Assembly (NCBI GenBank): GCA_035493655.1
Contig: DATJHX010000081.1
Location: 1-36,196 of the forward strand
DNA length: 36,196 nucleotides
Source: Nitrosospira sp.
GTDB lineage: Bacteria > Pseudomonadota > Gammaproteobacteria > Burkholderiales > Nitrosomonadaceae
Direction of reading: 5' to 3'
The translations under genes were made by a program, and so were the position numbers. The notes under the pieces were generated by a model. The model saw nothing but the letters and a program-made list of their open reading frames with translations, was not told where the DNA came from and did not search any database. Below, one piece after another: positions 10,588 through 19,592 of this stretch (the stretch's first letter is position 1; the number at the start of each line of letters is the position of its first letter).

Positions 10588-11123
10588 TGAAGAGCCTTCT
10601 GAAGAGCTTTTTACTGCTGTGCTCGGTTGCCATTATGGTCCCGATCGCGTATGCCCAGAAAAAAGGGGTGGACTACGAGTTTGATAATGAAAAACCCTGG
10701 GTCGAGATACAGGCGGAACTGCCGCCTTACCCCCAGACTGAAAACCTCCTGAAATTCGATGCCGGTCCGGCGAGCGACAATTCGCATTACGTGGATGCGC
10801 CATCCATCTCTCTGGGAGAGGACGCGGTGGTGCGTTTTACCCTCGTGACCAAATCACCGTCGGGCGCCATGAATGTGAGCTATGAGGGCATCCGTTGCCA
10901 GACTGCGGAAAAAAGAACTTATGCCTACGGTCGAAACAATGGTACGTGGATGCAGGCACGAGTGTCCAAATGGGTTAACCTTGAAAATATTGCCCAGAAT
11001 TATCCGCAGCGAGCGCTTTACCGGTATTTTTTCTGCCCGCTTGGAGTGGATATGATAGCGGATGCCGATGAGGCTATTCGCGCCTTGAAAGCTGGGGTTC
11101 ATCCAAGAGCGGTAAAGTATTAG
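10587..11123 (+). CDS. CNP1-like family exported protein
   Basis: Signal peptide, LPPYP, DAVVRFTLV, GAMNVSYEGIRC, FFCP. Confidence 0.8.
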   Translation: MKSLLKSFLLLCSVAIMVPIAYAQKKGVDYEFDNEKPWVEIQAELPPYPQTENLLKFDAGPASDNSHYVDAPSISLGEDAVVRFTLVTKSPSGAMNVSYEGIRCQTAEKRTYAYGRNNGTWMQARVSKWVNLENIAQNYPQRALYRYFFCPLGVDMIADADEAIRALKAGVHPRAVKY

Positions 11124-11227
11124 CGGTAGCCTCCCGTTTAAAAATCTCCGGCGGGCTTTTTGCTTCTGAATCTTGCCCCTTTGGGGCTTTCGCCTTCAAT
11201 AGCGACAGCTCTTCTTCTGTTACTTGA

Positions 11228-11560
11228 TTACCTCGACCGCTCGTAAAGCGCCTTGGCGCGCATACCCATGCGGCAATAGCCCAGCACCGGACCGGGCAAC
11301 TCGTCAATCAAGGTCTTGAACTGGGCGACATGTCCGTCATTTATCTGCCCCGGTATGACAGGCAGATAAACAAACTCCAAGCCCAGTTTCCGTGCTTCCG
11401 ATTCAAGAAAATTATGATCCGCGTGAGCGCCGCCATCTTCATTGTCCGGCCGATTGCAGATCACGCTTTTGAAGCCTGCCGCCTTGATCTCGGGTAAATC
11501 CTCGACATCGATCTGCGGGCTAATCGAAAAATTGGCGTCAATTTCGGTACAAGGTTTCAT
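11228..11560 (-). CDS. TIGR01244 family sulfur transferase / phosphatase-like protein
   Basis: ISPQI, GFKSVICNRPDNE, PVLGYCRMGMR. Confidence 0.85.
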   Translation of the reverse strand: MKPCTEIDANFSISPQIDVEDLPEIKAAGFKSVICNRPDNEDGGAHADHNFLESEARKLGLEFVYLPVIPGQINDGHVAQFKTLIDELPGPVLGYCRMGMRAKALYERSR

Positions 11561-11709
11561 GAGTATCCCTCCGAGATATCAAAATATTGGATGCAATTTT
11601 TAATGGGTGGAAGCATTTTACCCCAGCTCCCGATACCTGACTAAAGGGTTGATTACAGTAGAACCAATTAAAGCAGAATGGGTTGCAGCAGAACCGTTAG
11701 TAGAATCAG

Positions 11710-12828
11710 TTACAGCAGGACCAGATTATCCCTGTGGATGAGCTCCGGCTCGCCGACATAACCGAGAATGGCTTCGATCTCATTGCTTGCCCGCCGCAAT
11801 ATTCTGCGTGTTTCTGTAGCGCTGTAATTGACCAATCCGCGCGCTATTTCCCTTCCGAGGGGATCAAGACAACCCACAACCTCGCCCCGTTCAAAGCTGC
11901 CGCTGACGCTTGTTACGCCAACGGACAAGAGGCTCTTGCCGCCGTCGGCGAGGGCTTTCACAGCACCTTCATCCAGGGTGACGTTCCCGCGCATTTGCAA
12001 ATGATCCGCGATCCACTGCTTGCGTGCTGCCAACGTCATGGTTTCAGCCAATAGTTGCGTGCCAACTGCTTTCCCTTCAGCAAGTTGAATCAGGACGTCG
12101 GGCTCATGCCCCGATGCAATCACAGTATGAGCGCCGCTACGGGCCGCGCGCCTGGCGGCCAACACCTTCGTCAGCATGCCGCCGCGTCCGATGTCACTGC
12201 CTGCTCCCCCCGCCATGGCTTCAATCGCTGGGTCCCCGGCCCGTGCTTCTTCCACCAGCCTCGCCTGGGCATCTTTGCGCGGGTCGGCGGTAAACAGCCC
12301 GCCCTGGTCGGTGAGGATTATCAGCACATCAGCTTCGATCAAATTGGTGACGAGCGCAGCGAGGGTGTCATTATCCCCAAAGCGGATTTCGTCGGTCGCT
12401 ACGGTATCATTCTCGTTGATGACAGGAATTACGCTCATGCCCAGTAGCGTAGTCAAGGTCGAACGGGCATTGAGGTAGCGCTTACGATCAGACAGATCTT
12501 CATGAGTGAGCAGCACTTGCGCAGCATGCAGGGCATGAGTTCGAAAACAGGATTCGTATGCCTGCACCAATCCCATTTGGCCTACAGCGGCAGCAGCCTG
12601 CAATTCGGACAGCGCATGCGGTCGCTTCTTCCAGTTCAGGCGCTGCATGCCTTCCGCTATCGCCCCGGAAGATACCAGCACGACTTCCTTACCCAATTCC
12701 TTGAGTTTGGCGATCTGCTCCGCCCAGCGTGCAAGTGCCGCATGGTCGAGCCCCTGTCCCTGGTTGGTGACCAGACTGCTGCCGACCTTGATGACGATGC
12801 GGCGGGAATTTTTTACGATTGATTGCAT
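11710..12828 (-). CDS. proB: Glutamate 5-kinase with PUA domain
   Basis: VIKVGSS, VSSGA, NENDTV, FGDNDTL, GGMLTKV, IHRDNLV. Confidence 0.97.
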   Translation of the reverse strand: MQSIVKNSRRIVIKVGSSLVTNQGQGLDHAALARWAEQIAKLKELGKEVVLVSSGAIAEGMQRLNWKKRPHALSELQAAAAVGQMGLVQAYESCFRTHALHAAQVLLTHEDLSDRKRYLNARSTLTTLLGMSVIPVINENDTVATDEIRFGDNDTLAALVTNLIEADVLIILTDQGGLFTADPRKDAQARLVEEARAGDPAIEAMAGGAGSDIGRGGMLTKVLAARRAARSGAHTVIASGHEPDVLIQLAEGKAVGTQLLAETMTLAARKQWIADHLQMRGNVTLDEGAVKALADGGKSLLSVGVTSVSGSFERGEVVGCLDPLGREIARGLVNYSATETRRILRRASNEIEAILGYVGEPELIHRDNLVLL

Positions 12829-12941
12829 GGATGGTTGGTATTAATCAATGCCTGTTTGTACCTATGCGATTTTATCGATAGCGAATTTGCGGTAACTGTA
12901 ATGCATGCGCGTCCTGCTTGGGTCAGGCCCTCTCTTTCCTG

Positions 12942-12980
12942 CCCTCTCCCCCTGCCCCTCCCCCACAACGGGGGAGGGGA
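12942..12980 (+). repeat. CCCTCTCCC-type REP-like element, copy 1
   Basis: CCCTCTCCCCCTGCCCCTCCCCC-ACAAC-GGGGGAGGGGA; same family as the copies at 13167, 19019 and 19213. Confidence 0.75.
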
Positions 12981-13092
12981 GTTAATCGAGCGCAGAGCGG
13001 GAAATTACTGCTGAGGTAGTGGCCGCGTTCGGATTATTTTACCGCAACCGTGAGGCAGGACTCATTTTCTGCAGAACATTCGTCTTGGGCGT

Positions 13093-13605
13093 TTATTTTG
13101 TTTCCTTCTCTCGAAACGGGAGAGGCGGCTGGTCGGCATTATGACTACTGTCCGGGCAGCTACTCTTCCCCTCGTCCATGAATGGGAGAGGGGGCGGGGG
13201 AGAGGGAATTTCGAGCGGAATCAGCTTGCGCCGCAATAGAGCCAGCGTCATCCGTCGTCCGGCCGCGAGCAAAGGATAGGCTGCCGCGGCGATTTTCCTA
13301 TTGCGGAACAATAACTGGTTCAACATGCCAACCACGCCAGAGTCGTTACCGAGTATGGCCAAAAGGTGCATGCCTTCCGCGCCAAAATAATGGCGCCCGC
13401 GCCAGGTCACAATCATGCCCTCATTGATTTCCATCCCTTTGGATCGAAACTCGCGCACCAGAGCGGGTCTTTGCCTCGCATTGATCAGTTCGATGCCACT
13501 CACTTTTTTGCTGATGGAGTAGAGTTTTACAAAGTTAGCGCAGAAGGGACACTCGCCGTCATAAACGATGGATAATTGGTTCGAGCCAATATCACCCGGC
13601 ATCAT
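13093..13605 (-). CDS. DCC1-like (DUF393) thiol-disulfide oxidoreductase
   Basis: VYDGECPFC CxxC motif; ATG overlaps the upstream stop codon (ATGA); C-terminal tail runs through a REP copy. Confidence 0.85.
   Translation of the reverse strand: MMPGDIGSNQLSIVYDGECPFCANFVKLYSISKKVSGIELINARQRPALVREFRSKGMEINEGMIVTWRGRHYFGAEGMHLLAILGNDSGVVGMLNQLLFRNRKIAAAAYPLLAAGRRMTLALLRRKLIPLEIPSPPPPLPFMDEGKSSCPDSSHNADQPPLPFREKETK
13167..13206 (-). repeat. CCCTCTCCC-type REP-like element, copy 2 (inverted relative to copy 1)
   Basis: Minus strand reads CCCTCTCCCCCGCCCCCTCTCCCATTCATGGACGAGGGGA. Confidence 0.7.
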
Positions 13606-14417
13606 GCCCATCCCAGCCAATCAAGCGCCAGCGAGTTCATCACTATGACAGACGGATAGGTGGCGAGGAAGGGCCAGACAAACGCATTCAATCCCATGAA
13701 ATAGGCATTGGAGAGATGAAAGGCGGCAAAGCACAAGAGGCCAGCAGCCACCAGCGCGGGTGGTGCAAACAAGAGGAGTGGAAACAGCGTTTCCGTCAGG
13801 ATGGTCGTCCAGCAAACGAATGAGCAAAAACGGGGGTGCTGTTCACCAAAATAAACTGCAGACAGGTGTCCGTATGACTGTGTCTTCATTACTCCCATCA
13901 ACGCGCTTCCATTGCGCCAAACGGGCGAAGCAAGCTTTGCCGCTCCCGCGGCGAAGTAGGCCAAGGTCGCTTGTCCGGCGATTGCCAGGACTCCGCATAA
14001 AGCAAGGTTGTTATCGCTCAGAACCATGCCGGCTGACATGATAACCACTCCCACTGCAATGACCATCCCCATCTGATCCGATCCATCACCGCCGAGCCAC
14101 GTGCGGCGGGACATATAAAAACAGGAAAGCAGAATCATTACGCTGCACGGGAAATCCATCGGGCTGGAGTAGGGCGTGAGCAACGCAAAGGCGGCGACAA
14201 TACGGCACAGCAGGACCGATATCACAACCGTTTGGGAATGTATGTAAGGGCGAATGGCGGGAGAACTGATCAGAGCGGGCCGCAGACGCAGGATGTTCCA
14301 GGACAACAGACCGCCGGAACGGAAGAGATGAAGATTGGAGAACCACTCCGCCGCGGAGAGCAGCGACCATGCGGCCAGCAGGATCTTCGTTATGACGAGG
14401 CAGGAAGCGATCTCCAT
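13602..14417 (-). CDS. HTTM-domain / SdpB-like integral membrane protein
   Basis: Multi-pass hydrophobic profile; GGDGSDQ, YFAAGAAKLASPVWRNG and FHLSNAYFMGLNAF motifs characteristic of HTTM/SdpB/VKGC-like proteins; TAAGGA RBS. Confidence 0.75.
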   Translation of the reverse strand: MEIASCLVITKILLAAWSLLSAAEWFSNLHLFRSGGLLSWNILRLRPALISSPAIRPYIHSQTVVISVLLCRIVAAFALLTPYSSPMDFPCSVMILLSCFYMSRRTWLGGDGSDQMGMVIAVGVVIMSAGMVLSDNNLALCGVLAIAGQATLAYFAAGAAKLASPVWRNGSALMGVMKTQSYGHLSAVYFGEQHPRFCSFVCWTTILTETLFPLLLFAPPALVAAGLLCFAAFHLSNAYFMGLNAFVWPFLATYPSVIVMNSLALDWLGWA

Positions 14418-14432
14418 CGCGTATTCCTTATA

Positions 14433-14945
14433 TTACCTGCCATGGAAACCGGAGAGGAAGGAGCATTCCAGTGTTCGTGCATCATGTCCCGACGATTCGA
14501 TAATGGCGATTTGAAATTCCACGGCATCCGGTTCCGGCGGCACGGCATGAGCTGCGTAATGCAGGAGAAGCAGGTAAGGCACGGTGAAGGGAATTCCGGA
14601 AATTCCAATATTTTCGCGCTTCAACAGCAATTTTATCGCCTGGACCGCGTCGTTCAGAATTTTGGATGAGCGCTTTTGGGGATTCCAGAAATATCCGAAT
14701 TTTGGCCGCGGCGAATAGACAGGTACGCTTTTCCAGCTTGCCAGGCGCCCATCGCTGCAACGGTCCCTTATTACGAGGTGATAATCCCTGACGCCGGGGT
14801 TGGGTGCGAAAAAAGTCCAGCGAGGAATAATGTGCAGCGCATTGAATGCATTAATAAAAGGCTGAAAGTGCCGGTGTTGCGCCAATAATGTAATAACCAG
14901 CCACAGAATTACTATCGAATACGCCAGAATGGCGACCAGCGACAT
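14433..14945 (-). CDS. SdpA-like membrane-anchored protein (WTFFAPNP motif)
   Basis: N-terminal transmembrane helix, PRWTFFAPNP and WNPQKR; the gene type usually found next to HTTM genes. Confidence 0.65.
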   Translation of the reverse strand: MSLVAILAYSIVILWLVITLLAQHRHFQPFINAFNALHIIPRWTFFAPNPGVRDYHLVIRDRCSDGRLASWKSVPVYSPRPKFGYFWNPQKRSSKILNDAVQAIKLLLKRENIGISGIPFTVPYLLLLHYAAHAVPPEPDAVEFQIAIIESSGHDARTLECSFLSGFHGR

Positions 14946-14961
14946 CGGGGTTAATGCTGGC

Positions 14962-15180
14962 TTAGCGTCGGTTTAACGCACTCTGGCGAAGCCTCATGAG
15001 CGCATCGAGTGACATCCCTTCACCGCCCTTCAGCCCTGCATTATCGCCGGCTTGAGACTCGCCCGCGTTGCCGATGGGTATGACAATATTCTCGTATTTG
15101 TCCGAAACGTCGGATGTCATCTTCCGTGCATCGATAACAGGCTCCAGCCCGGCAAGCTCCACTTCGGTAAGTCCGATCAT
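14962..15180 (-). CDS. 72-aa hypothetical peptide, candidate precursor/substrate
   Basis: Strong GGAGG RBS 4 nt before the ATG; first gene of the operon; 16-nt gap to the next gene. Confidence 0.7.
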   Translation of the reverse strand: MIGLTEVELAGLEPVIDARKMTSDVSDKYENIVIPIGNAGESQAGDNAGLKGGEGMSLDALMRLRQSALNRR

Positions 15181-15263
15181 AGTTCCTCCAAAAGATTAAT
15201 GGCAAAAGATGGTTCTTCGTCGAGGCTGTAAGCAGCAGCCGTAAAAACATCCAGATAGCGGGA

Positions 15264-15333
15264 GCTTCAAGACCTCGCTTCAAGCCCTCGACTGCCTGGC
15301 ATTGCAACCTGGCCTCTTAATTCAGTTATAGCA
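15264..15333 (-). promoter_or_regulatory. Putative extended -10 promoter and 13-bp direct repeat upstream of the peptide operon
   Basis: TGCTATAAC on the minus strand (15325-15333); GCTTCAAG(A/C)CCTC x2 at 15264-15289. Confidence 0.35.
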
Positions 15334-15408
15334 AAACATGATACCTACGCTTGCACGCTTTCGGATATATCTGCCTTGAGGCGGGCCTGCAGAGAATCCC
15401 CGGTAAAT

Positions 15409-16482
<1,074 letters not shown>

Positions 16483-16501
16483 CTATATATTTACTACAAA
16501 C

Positions 16502-16533
16502 AAAAAAGCCCTATCGTATTTGACAGGGCTTTT
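16502..16533 (-). terminator. Rho-independent terminator after rpmA
   Basis: Minus strand AGCCCTGTC-loop-GATAGGGCT followed by a T-run. Confidence 0.75.
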
Positions 16534-16554
16534 GAGCGGGGATTGCTAAAAAAT

Positions 16555-16821
16555 CTAGACGGGGGCGACGGGTATAATACTGACTGTTTTGCGTCGTTCC
16601 GATCCTTTGAAGCCGAAGCTGACCGTGCCGGTGGCTTTGGCAAAAAGTGTGTGGTCCTTGCCCATGCCCACATTATCGCCGGCGTGGACTCTGGTGCCGC
16701 GCTGACGGATGATAATGCTCCCGGCCGGGATCAGTTCTCCGCCAAAACTTTTGACGCCCAGACGCTTGGAATTTGAATCGCGACCGTTTCTGGAGCTGCC
16801 GCCTGCTTTTTTATGTGCCAT
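16555..16821 (-). CDS. rpmA: 50S ribosomal protein L27
   Basis: [24 protein letters not shown]. Confidence 0.99.
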   Translation of the reverse strand: MAHKKAGGSSRNGRDSNSKRLGVKSFGGELIPAGSIIIRQRGTRVHAGDNVGMGKDHTLFAKATGTVSFGFKGSERRKTVSIIPVAPV

Positions 16822-16832
16822 GACAAATTCTC

Positions 16833-17144
16833 CTAGGCCGAAATGCCGGTGATTTGAATCTGGGTATAATTCTGCCGGTGCCCCTGGTGTTTCTGGTAGT
16901 GTTTACGCCGGCGCATTTTGAAGATACGTATCTTTTCGTGCCTGCCCTGTTCCAGCACGGTCGCTTTGACTGAGGCGCCATTCACGAGAGGCTTGCCCAT
17001 CGATATATTATCGCCATCGGCAATCATCAACACCTGATCGATTACGAGTTCGCTACCGACATCCGCCGGGACCTGCTCAATTTTAAGTTTCAGCCCGTTC
17101 TCAACGCGGTACTGCTTCCCGCCGGTTTTTATGATTGCATACAT
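16833..17144 (-). CDS. rplU: 50S ribosomal protein L21
   Basis: [19 protein letters not shown]; GGAG RBS before ATG 17144. Confidence 0.99.
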   Translation of the reverse strand: MYAIIKTGGKQYRVENGLKLKIEQVPADVGSELVIDQVLMIADGDNISMGKPLVNGASVKATVLEQGRHEKIRIFKMRRRKHYQKHQGHRQNYTQIQITGISA

Positions 17145-17225
17145 ACTGAACTCCATTGTCCCTGACTGATTGCTGCAAAAAGGTCGCTAAAGGCGAAAAA
17201 GCAGTGCCTGAAAAGGCAAACGGCA

Positions 17226-17254
17226 ATTATACATCGCCATCCTTCTGCGGTCAA
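17226..17254 (-). promoter_or_regulatory. sigma70 promoter of rplU-rpmA
   Basis: TTGACC-N17-TATAAT on the minus strand. Confidence 0.75.
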
Positions 17255-17308
17255 AGGGCTGCTAAGGATGAGTTTTGTGCGGAAACCATGAATGCTGCAA
17301 TGCCGAAC

Positions 17309-17338
17309 TTGACACGTTGGCGGCTAGGTTTCTACCAT
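17309..17338 (+). promoter_or_regulatory. Putative sigma70 promoter of ispB
   Basis: TTGACA-N18-TACCAT. Confidence 0.5.
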
Positions 17339-17361
17339 GGCAGCTTTTTCCGGGAACCTTT

Positions 17362-18330
17362 GTGTCAATTGAACGTATCAGGAGTCTGATCGCCCGCGAT
17401 ATGGTTGCGGTGGATGCGGTCATCCGCGAGAAGCTTTATTCGGATGTAGGGCTCATCCGGCAGGTAAGCGAATATATCATCAACAGCGGCGGAAAGCGCT
17501 TGCGCCCCGCGCTGGTCATTCTTTCCGCTGGTGCGTTTGGCTATTCCGGGAAATATCAATATGATCTCGCGGCAATCGTCGAGTTCATTCATACCGCGAC
17601 CCTGCTGCACGACGACGTCGTGGATGCGTCCGAGCTACGGCGGAGCAAGGCGACGGCAAACGCCCTGTTCGGGAACGCCGCGAGCGTCCTGGTCGGTGAC
17701 TTTCTTTATTCCCGTGCGTTCCAGATGATGGTGGCAGTAGACAACATGCGCGTCATGCGAGTGTTGGCAGATGCCACCAATACCATCGCCGAAGGCGAAG
17801 TATTGCAATTACTTAATGTTCGCGATCCCGACGTTGACGAGGAGAACTACCTGAGAGTGATCCGTTACAAAACTGCAAAACTGTTCGAGGCGGCGACGCG
17901 GCTTGGCGCTATCCTCGGCAATGCAACTCAGGCGGAGGAGGAAGCCATGGCGGTGTACGGCATGCATCTGGGCACGGCGTTTCAACTGACGGACGATATG
18001 CTGGATTATTCCGGTGATTATCAGGAAACCGGTAAAAACCTGGGGGATGATCTGGCTGAAGGCAAGCCTACTCTACCGCTTATTTATGCGATGAGAACGG
18101 GTTCAAGTGCCCAGGCCGCGATCATTCGCAACGCCATTGAACAGAGTGGGGAGGGAGGCTTTCAACCGGTCCTGGACGTTATCCAGCAAACTGGTGCGCT
18201 CGATTACGCGCGGCAGCGCGCGCAAACAGAATCCGACATCGCGTCCAGGATGATTTCACTGCTGCCTGACTCCGAATATAAGGAATGCTTGCTGCAATTG
18301 AGCACTTTCGCTGTGGCGCGAAACTATTGA
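17362..18330 (+). CDS. ispB: Octaprenyl diphosphate synthase
   Basis: GGKRLRP, LLHDDVVD, GKNLGDDLAEGKPTLP; divergent from rplU; GTG start at 17362. Confidence 0.95.
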   Translation: MSIERIRSLIARDMVAVDAVIREKLYSDVGLIRQVSEYIINSGGKRLRPALVILSAGAFGYSGKYQYDLAAIVEFIHTATLLHDDVVDASELRRSKATANALFGNAASVLVGDFLYSRAFQMMVAVDNMRVMRVLADATNTIAEGEVLQLLNVRDPDVDEENYLRVIRYKTAKLFEAATRLGAILGNATQAEEEAMAVYGMHLGTAFQLTDDMLDYSGDYQETGKNLGDDLAEGKPTLPLIYAMRTGSSAQAAIIRNAIEQSGEGGFQPVLDVIQQTGALDYARQRAQTESDIASRMISLLPDSEYKECLLQLSTFAVARNY

Positions 18331-18351
18331 GGGAGCCGTAGCAATTTGGAT

Positions 18352-18380
18352 TTGCTCGGATACCTCTTCCTCAGTACAAT
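18352..18380 (+). promoter_or_regulatory. Putative sigma70 promoter of tRNA-Pro
   Basis: TTGCTC-N17-TACAAT. Confidence 0.5.
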
Positions 18381-18464
18381 TGCTGCCCACGCGCTGAAGA
18401 ACGGAACTCAGCATTAATTAGGGATCAGTGCGCTAAAATGATATAAAAAAGCTGGATCACAGCT

Positions 18465-18544
<80 letters not shown>

Positions 18545-18661
18545 TTTTCACATCGACCTTCCAAATGACTGGAACGGTTCTTGATCAATCCGAGAAATCC
18601 TCGCATTGCCTCATTGAAATCCTTTTCAGCCCCCTCCACCTCTCCGGCTGAAAGGTAAAAG

Positions 18662-19018
18662 ATGACTCTGCTGGAGCGCGCCAGGGTATTACGCTCAAAT
18701 CAGACCGAGGCCGAGCAGCGGTTGTGGTATCACCTGCGCGCTCGCCGCTTTTTCGGCCTGAAATTCAAGCGGCAAAAGCCTGTTAGGAATTTACATCGTC
18801 GATTTCGTCTGTTCTTCTCCCAAACTGATTGTCGAAGTTGACGGCGGGCAGCATCAGGAACAGATGGAATATGATAGCCGCCGTGATCAGTGGCTTCGTC
18901 GTGAAGGCTTCGTAGTTTTGCGTTTTTGGAACAACCAAGTTTTGGTGGATTCAGAAGGTGTTCTTGAATCAATCCGGGAAACAGTGTTGAGTCTTGACGT
19001 ACTACTTAATAAATCGCG
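18662..19018 (+). pseudogene. DUF559 / Vsr-like endonuclease, frameshifted
   Basis: MTLLERARVLRSNQTEAEQRLWYHLRARRFFGLKFKRQKP, then one extra base near 18783, then GIYIVDFVCSSPKLIVEVDGGQH...DSRRDQWLRREGFVVLRFWNNQV. The downstream frame stays open to 19334 through the REP copies. Confidence 0.85.
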
Positions 19019-19251
19019 CCCTCTCCCCTGCCCCTCCCCCAAGCGGGGGGGGGTTAACAGAGAATATGGCAACGGCAGAGCTTTCGATAGTGATTTGTCG
19101 TACAGGCGCCAATTACCTCTCAATCTTTTTTCGTTTCCATCTTTGGTAAGCGGGAAATTAGGAAAGTCCAGTGAGAAGGTTGCTCGCTCACCTTCTTTTG
19201 ATTACTTTCGCGTCCCCTCTCCCACGCGGGAGAGAGGGGTAGGGGAGAGGG
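19019..19251. repeat. Inverted pair of CCCTCTCCC-type REP-like elements (copies 3 and 4)
   Basis: 19019-19053 CCCTCTCCCCTGCCCCTCCCCCAAGCGGGGGGGGG and 19213-19251 TCCCCTCTCCCACGCGGGAGAGAGGGGTAGGGGAGAGGG. Confidence 0.8.
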
Positions 19252-19355
19252 CAGAAGGCCACACCAGGCTTGCGCCTTGCGATGCAAGCGGTAGAATGCC
19301 TGCATGCTTAAACGTTATCTACATCTCTTCGTAATGCAGCATAGGGGGTTACCCA

Positions 19356-19592
19356 TTGGGTAGAATCCTGTTCTTCGTTCTTATTGCCGTGCTCTTCTTG
19401 TGGCTGATAGCCAGCTACCGCCGGGCGCTTAAAAAGCGGCAGGAAGAACGAAAAGGCCCGGCCTCGCTAGAGGGTGAGGATATGGTGCGTTGCATTCACT
19501 GCGGCGTGCATTTGCCCAGAAGCGAGAGCATCACTTCGGAAGGAAAGTATTTCTGTAGTGATGAGCATCGGCGTTTGCATTTGCAGGGGTAA
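19356..19592 (+). CDS. PP0621 family small membrane protein with zinc-finger motif
   Basis: N-terminal TM helix, EDMVRCIHCGVHLP...FCSDEH. Confidence 0.85.
   Translation: MGRILFFVLIAVLFLWLIASYRRALKKRQEERKGPASLEGEDMVRCIHCGVHLPRSESITSEGKYFCSDEHRRLHLQG

Noticed and set aside
15041-15307. Alternative 88-aa ORF overlapping the peptide gene
   Set aside because: No convincing RBS; the 72-aa frame has a strong GGAGG and fits the operon spacing.
15307-15327. lux-box-like ACCTG...CAGTT upstream of the peptide operon
   Set aside because: 21 bp with poor internal symmetry; too weak to call.
17275-17361. N-terminal extension of IspB
   Set aside because: It overlaps a promoter-like TTGACA-N18-TACCAT; homology begins at GTG 17362.
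18864-19334. 156-aa ORF as an independent gene
   Set aside because: It is the 3' half of the frameshifted DUF559 gene reading through REP repeats.
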